The translations under genes were made by a program, and so were the position numbers. A model generated the notes under the pieces. That model did no database searches. It had not been told where the DNA came from and saw only the letters and a list, made by a program, of their open reading frames with translations. Below are positions 62,801 through 64,000 of a stretch of DNA of 64,000 nucleotides, piece after piece (positions within the stretch are counted from its first letter, which is position 1; every line of letters starts with the position of its first letter). The DNA comes from Lingula anatina (Eukaryota; Animalia; Brachiopoda): assembly GCA_051362555.1 (NCBI GenBank), contig CM120647.1:18142651-18206650 (forward strand). The letters run 5' to 3'.

Positions 62801-63234
62801 TTTAACAAAATGTCCAATTTAAATCTTTGAATGGGGCTTGTGTCTTTTCTTTTTATCTGCTACTGTGTTTAATAATAAGGTGATTACATGTACTCAGTGT
62901 GATCACTTACAATATCCGCCTTTTCCACAAATAAAAATGCCTATTGAACCGTACTAAAATGTTAGATTTATATCAAATTCTCTTGTTTTATACATAGCCG
63001 CGGTGTACAAGGAGATGCCGGAAATGAAAGCTCAGCATTATATACACGCTGACAGAGCGTACGAGTGCTACCATCTAATGGACCAAATGGGGCTGTTTAA
63101 GAACTTCCGGTTACTCACAGGAAACTTCCAGGAATACGAGGCATGGCAAATAACGCTGACCAAGGATCAAATGGTGGAAGTTTACCGATTCCATAAATTG
63201 CAAATGCAACTCATCCTTTTGGGAAGAAGCAAAG
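59866..63234 (+). CDS. Sulfotransferase of the bacterial-type Sulfotransfer_3 group (5' part; continues beyond the window)
   Basis: Exons 59866-60198, 62415-62598 (alternative acceptor 62421) and 62998-63234 join in frame. 5'-PSB loop PIFIIGPARSGTTFLLNLLYEDP, upstream LSVAGR...LQNRL, downstream YE..HP, H......YEC..L and VYRFHKLQMQLI. Confidence 0.85.
61403..61626. mobile_element. Harbinger/Tourist-like MITE (GATCGATC family)
   Basis: gagctcattcccata...tctctgggaatgcaccc; same internal sequence as 26162-26372. Confidence 0.8.
61701..61928. mobile_element. Harbinger/Tourist-like MITE (GATCGATC family), inverted relative to 61403-61626
   Basis: gggtgtattcccagaga...tatgggaatggggtc is the reverse complement of the neighbouring copy. 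Confidence 0.8.
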
Positions 63235-63235
63235 G

Positions 63236-63273
<38 letters not shown>

Positions 63274-63329
63274 TGTGTGTGTGTGCGTGTGTGTGTGTGT
63301 ATTTGTGTGAGTGTAGCCATGTGAGTGCG

Positions 63330-63520
63330 CAGTGGCGGATTTCGGAGGTGGGGTCAGGGGGGCTGTTTTCCCTCGATTTCTGAAAAAAATTACCTCTTGA
63401 AATTTGAATTTTGACTAGCTGAATCATAGTTCTAAACCGTACCAAATGGCACCGTTCGCCCTCTATATACCAAGAGTAGTATAAGTAAGTCGTTTTCGAC
63501 CTGCATTTTGGAACGGGGCT
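63330..63520. mobile_element. CAGTGGCGGAT-type element, left part (right end not identified)
   Basis: Homology to 43472-43721. Confidence 0.5.
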
Positions 63521-64000
63521 ATATACTTTCAATGTAATTTTTTTTAGTGAACCTTGAACCTTTTACGGGGCAGTATAATTTTAATGTAATTTCTTAGTGA
63601 CCCCTGAAGCAGAAATGAGGCAAGCGAATTTTAATGACGATCATTTTAGTGTGAATGAGGGACGAGCAAATTCTAATAATGATTCAATAAAACCTAGTAG
63701 GAGTTTTTTTTTAAGAATAAATATAATTGTATAGCGAGCTAAGAAGCGTAAGGAAGGAGGTATTTCTTATGTAATTGTATAGCGAGCAAAGAAACGTAAA
63801 GGAGGGGTTTGTATGGTTATTTTTAGCTATATTTAATTTCAGGAGTTATTGGAAAAAGTTTTTGATTATTTATTTATTGAAAAGGCAATTTGGAACCCTT
63901 TTTTTCTAGAAATGCGCAGAAGAATGCGTTTGGTGCGCCCTCACCCGTCTCGTGTTTGTGAATATACAGCTGAATGCGCTAAGGCTTGCGTGAGCTAGAA

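Overview
AT-rich, intron-containing animal genomic DNA, probably a marine invertebrate; the taxon is an inference and was not determined. All exon models were built by hand from GT/AG sites and reading-phase continuity. (1) From about 30.6 kb to the left edge on the minus strand lies one very large gene: 43 in-frame coding exons, about 2,190 aa so far, with the 3' end outside the window. It encodes a type II membrane protein: Tyr-rich cytoplasmic head, TM helix, SEA, Thr-rich mucin stalk, second SEA, two EGF domains, a Thr/Pro 8-aa repeat, then at least four tandem copies of a 5-exon cassette. Each cassette encodes two Cys-patterned ~155-160 aa domains I cannot name, joined by symmetric Ser/Thr/Pro microexons; the most recent copies repeat every ~3.84 kb. 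(2) Two tandem 10-exon SLC22 (organic cation/anion transporter-like) paralogues on the minus strand share a conserved upstream non-coding block. (3) A 4-exon, 144-aa TM2-like membrane protein lies on the plus strand. (4) The first three exons of a bacterial-type (Sulfotransfer_3-like) sulfotransferase lie on the plus strand. The introns and intergenic DNA hold many DNA-transposon derivatives: a decayed Sola3-like element, many PIF/Harbinger-type MITEs, Helentron/DINE-1-like elements and a 6-bp-TSD foldback element. I saw no rRNA, tRNA or CRISPR array.
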